This document shows positions 62,776 to 64,000 of a stretch of DNA of 64,000 bases, one piece after another (position 1 is the first letter of the stretch; the number at the start of each line of letters is the position of its first letter). The stretch is from assembly GCA_038226905.1 (NCBI GenBank), contig JBBRQE010000001.1, positions 1,392 through 65,391 of the forward strand, given 5' to 3'. Below the pieces are notes generated by a model. That model did no database searches. It was not told the DNA's origin and was given only the letters and a program-made list of their open reading frames with translations. This DNA is from Chthoniobacterales bacterium (GTDB lineage Bacteria; Verrucomicrobiota; Verrucomicrobiia; Chthoniobacterales; UBA10450). The position numbers and the translations under genes are program-made.

Positions 62776-64000
62776 CTAAGGGCCACCCCTCGCCCCCAAA
62801 GGAGGCGCATTAATGAGAGGCTGAGGGACCTTGGCTCCCGACCCGGAGAATGAACCCGTGGTGTTGCCATTCCCACCGGAACCAGCTGCGTAATTGGCTT
62901 TGGGCACCGGGCCGTTGAAGTTAACGAATATGTCCGCCGCCGGTCCGCTCACGTTGACCACCTTTCCATTATCTATGGTGACGGTGTCCGCCGCGATTGT
63001 TTTCACGCTCGCCCCGCTCAGGGTCACGTTATCGGTGAACTCGATCAGCCCGGCGCTGCCGTTTGCGTAAAGTTTTAAGATTGTATCGGCCGAGATGACA
63101 CTCTTGCCGATAAAGAGAGAACCATTGGCCCCGAGGGCGGCTACCTTGATGATGTCGCCTCGCAGGGTGGCCCCATTCAGGACGACTGACCCGCTGTTTG
63201 TTTGGCGGACATCGACCGCGCCGCGATCCGCCTGGAGAGTTCCCTGGACGTTAATCCCGCTGGTCGAACCCGTGGCGGTCACAATGACCTTGCCGCCCGG
63301 CCCCGGCGCCGTCGCATCGAGGAGGGCGAGCAACTGCGCACTACTCGAAATATTGATCGCGGTAATGGCGGAGGCGGCACTGCTGATATTGATGTTTCCC
63401 CCGCGCGAGCTGGATCGCCGATTAACCTGACCGACAGGGTCGCTTGAAGAAACTGTGATCGCGGTGGAGGGGGCCACGCTGACCTGGGCATTATTGGAAG
63501 TCAAATTCACCGTGCCACCCGCCCCGCTGGGCTCAGCATTTGATCCGATAAGGCCGGATGTTGCGCTTATGTTTGAATTCACGGATAAGGCGTTCAACGT
63601 GTTCACCGTGAATGTGCCGCCGTCACCCGCCGGGCTATTCGAATTGGGAGCGGCGGCCCCATTGAAATTGGCTCCGTTGATCCCGGCCGCGTCGAACGAC
63701 TGCGTTTGAGCATTGAGCGTAAGCTGACCCCCGGCCGAGGAAGGCGCGGAGAAGTTCGAGCCGCTGAAATCAATCCCGTTAGGCGATTTAACGGTCGAGA
63801 CATTGAAAACCGGCGGGAAGGACGAATTGGTCAATCCCAGGAAGGGGGTGATTCCTCCGGCCCCGGCCGTGAGGGTCGTGTTGCTGGAAAGCACGCCCGG
63901 ATTGATCGTCTGCACCTGGACCTGCCCCGCCGTGACGTCTCCTCCCGCCATAACGATATGGGCGTTCAGGAGATTCGTCACGTTGATGGCACCAAGCTCG
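62776..64000 (-). CDS. Large secreted beta-helical repeat protein (filamentous-haemagglutinin/adhesin-like), C-terminal part; 5' end outside the window
   Basis: The frame stays open to the window edge (..ELGAINVTNLLNAHIV..). Gly/Asn/Ser/Thr/Val-rich ~20-aa pseudo-repeats (GGTVNLTSNNAQVSV, GGNINISSAASAITAINISS, GKVIVTATGSTSGINVQG). Confidence 0.6.
   Translation of the reverse strand, partial: ELGAINVTNLLNAHIVMAGGDVTAGQVQVQTINPGVLSSNTTLTAGAGGITPFLGLTNSSFPPVFNVSTVKSPNGIDFSGSNFSAPSSAGGQLTLNAQTQSFDAAGINGANFNGAAAPNSNSPAGDGGTFTVNTLNALSVNSNISATSGLIGSNAEPSGAGGTVNLTSNNAQVSVAPSTAITVSSSDPVGQVNRRSSSRGGNINISSAASAITAINISSSAQLLALLDATAPGPGGKVIVTATGSTSGINVQGTLQADRGAVDVRQTNSGSVVLNGATLRGDIIKVAALGANGSLFIGKSVISADTILKLYANGSAGLIEFTDNVTLSGASVKTIAADTVTIDNGKVVNVSGPAADIFVNFNGPVPKANYAAGSGGNGNTTGSFSGSGAKVPQPLINAPPLGARGGP

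Overview
GC-rich, gene-dense chromosomal window with about 70 protein-coding genes and one tRNA (Lys-CUU). I recognise no rRNA, CRISPR array, transposase, integrase or phage genes. The protein content (CADD-type pABA synthase, two ECF sigma modules, many small lipoproteins, a FecR-domain protein next to a beta-helical adhesin, a TreS-maltokinase fusion, triplet-phased AT-rich intergenic repeats) suggests a soil PVC-group, Verrucomicrobiota-like bacterium; that is inference only. Layout: (i) 1-16.1 kb is a eukaryote-type kynurenine pathway island (3-hydroxyanthranilate dioxygenase tail, ACMSD, TDO, KMO, kynureninase, a semialdehyde-type ALDH, RidA). It is interleaved with unexpected genes: two flavin-dependent-halogenase-like enzymes flanking a CPA2 antiporter directly behind TDO, a translationally coupled BNR beta-propeller plus di-glycine MoaD/ThiS-like pair, and two decayed genes. 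(ii) 16-25.7 kb is housekeeping (L,D-transpeptidase, HIT, NrdR plus a coupled unknown gene, topoisomerase III, DprA, SSB, S6, Pth, L25, Prs). (iii) 25.9-31 kb holds a desaturase, a GT-C-like membrane protein, a PIG-L deacetylase and a HAD phosphatase. (iv) RlmN, then an ECF sigma/anti-sigma operon ending in a secreted M1 aminopeptidase. (v) L34, tRNA-Lys, GT4-sulfotransferase-GT2. (vi) NadE, CPBP protease, GlcD-like oxidase, FabI, CADD, TreS-Mak. (vii) A second ECF module, ClpS plus a DUF2017-like gene, YbeY, PanE, NDH-2, L35, MoeZ. (viii) A TPR-LysM lipoprotein, a FecR-domain protein and a partial beta-helical adhesin at the right edge. The best candidates for undescribed biology are the TDO-linked halogenase-like pair and the BNR/MoaD-GG pair. 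No classical defence or mobile system is visible. All calls come from reading translated ORFs and motifs by eye. No database search was run, and gene starts are approximate.
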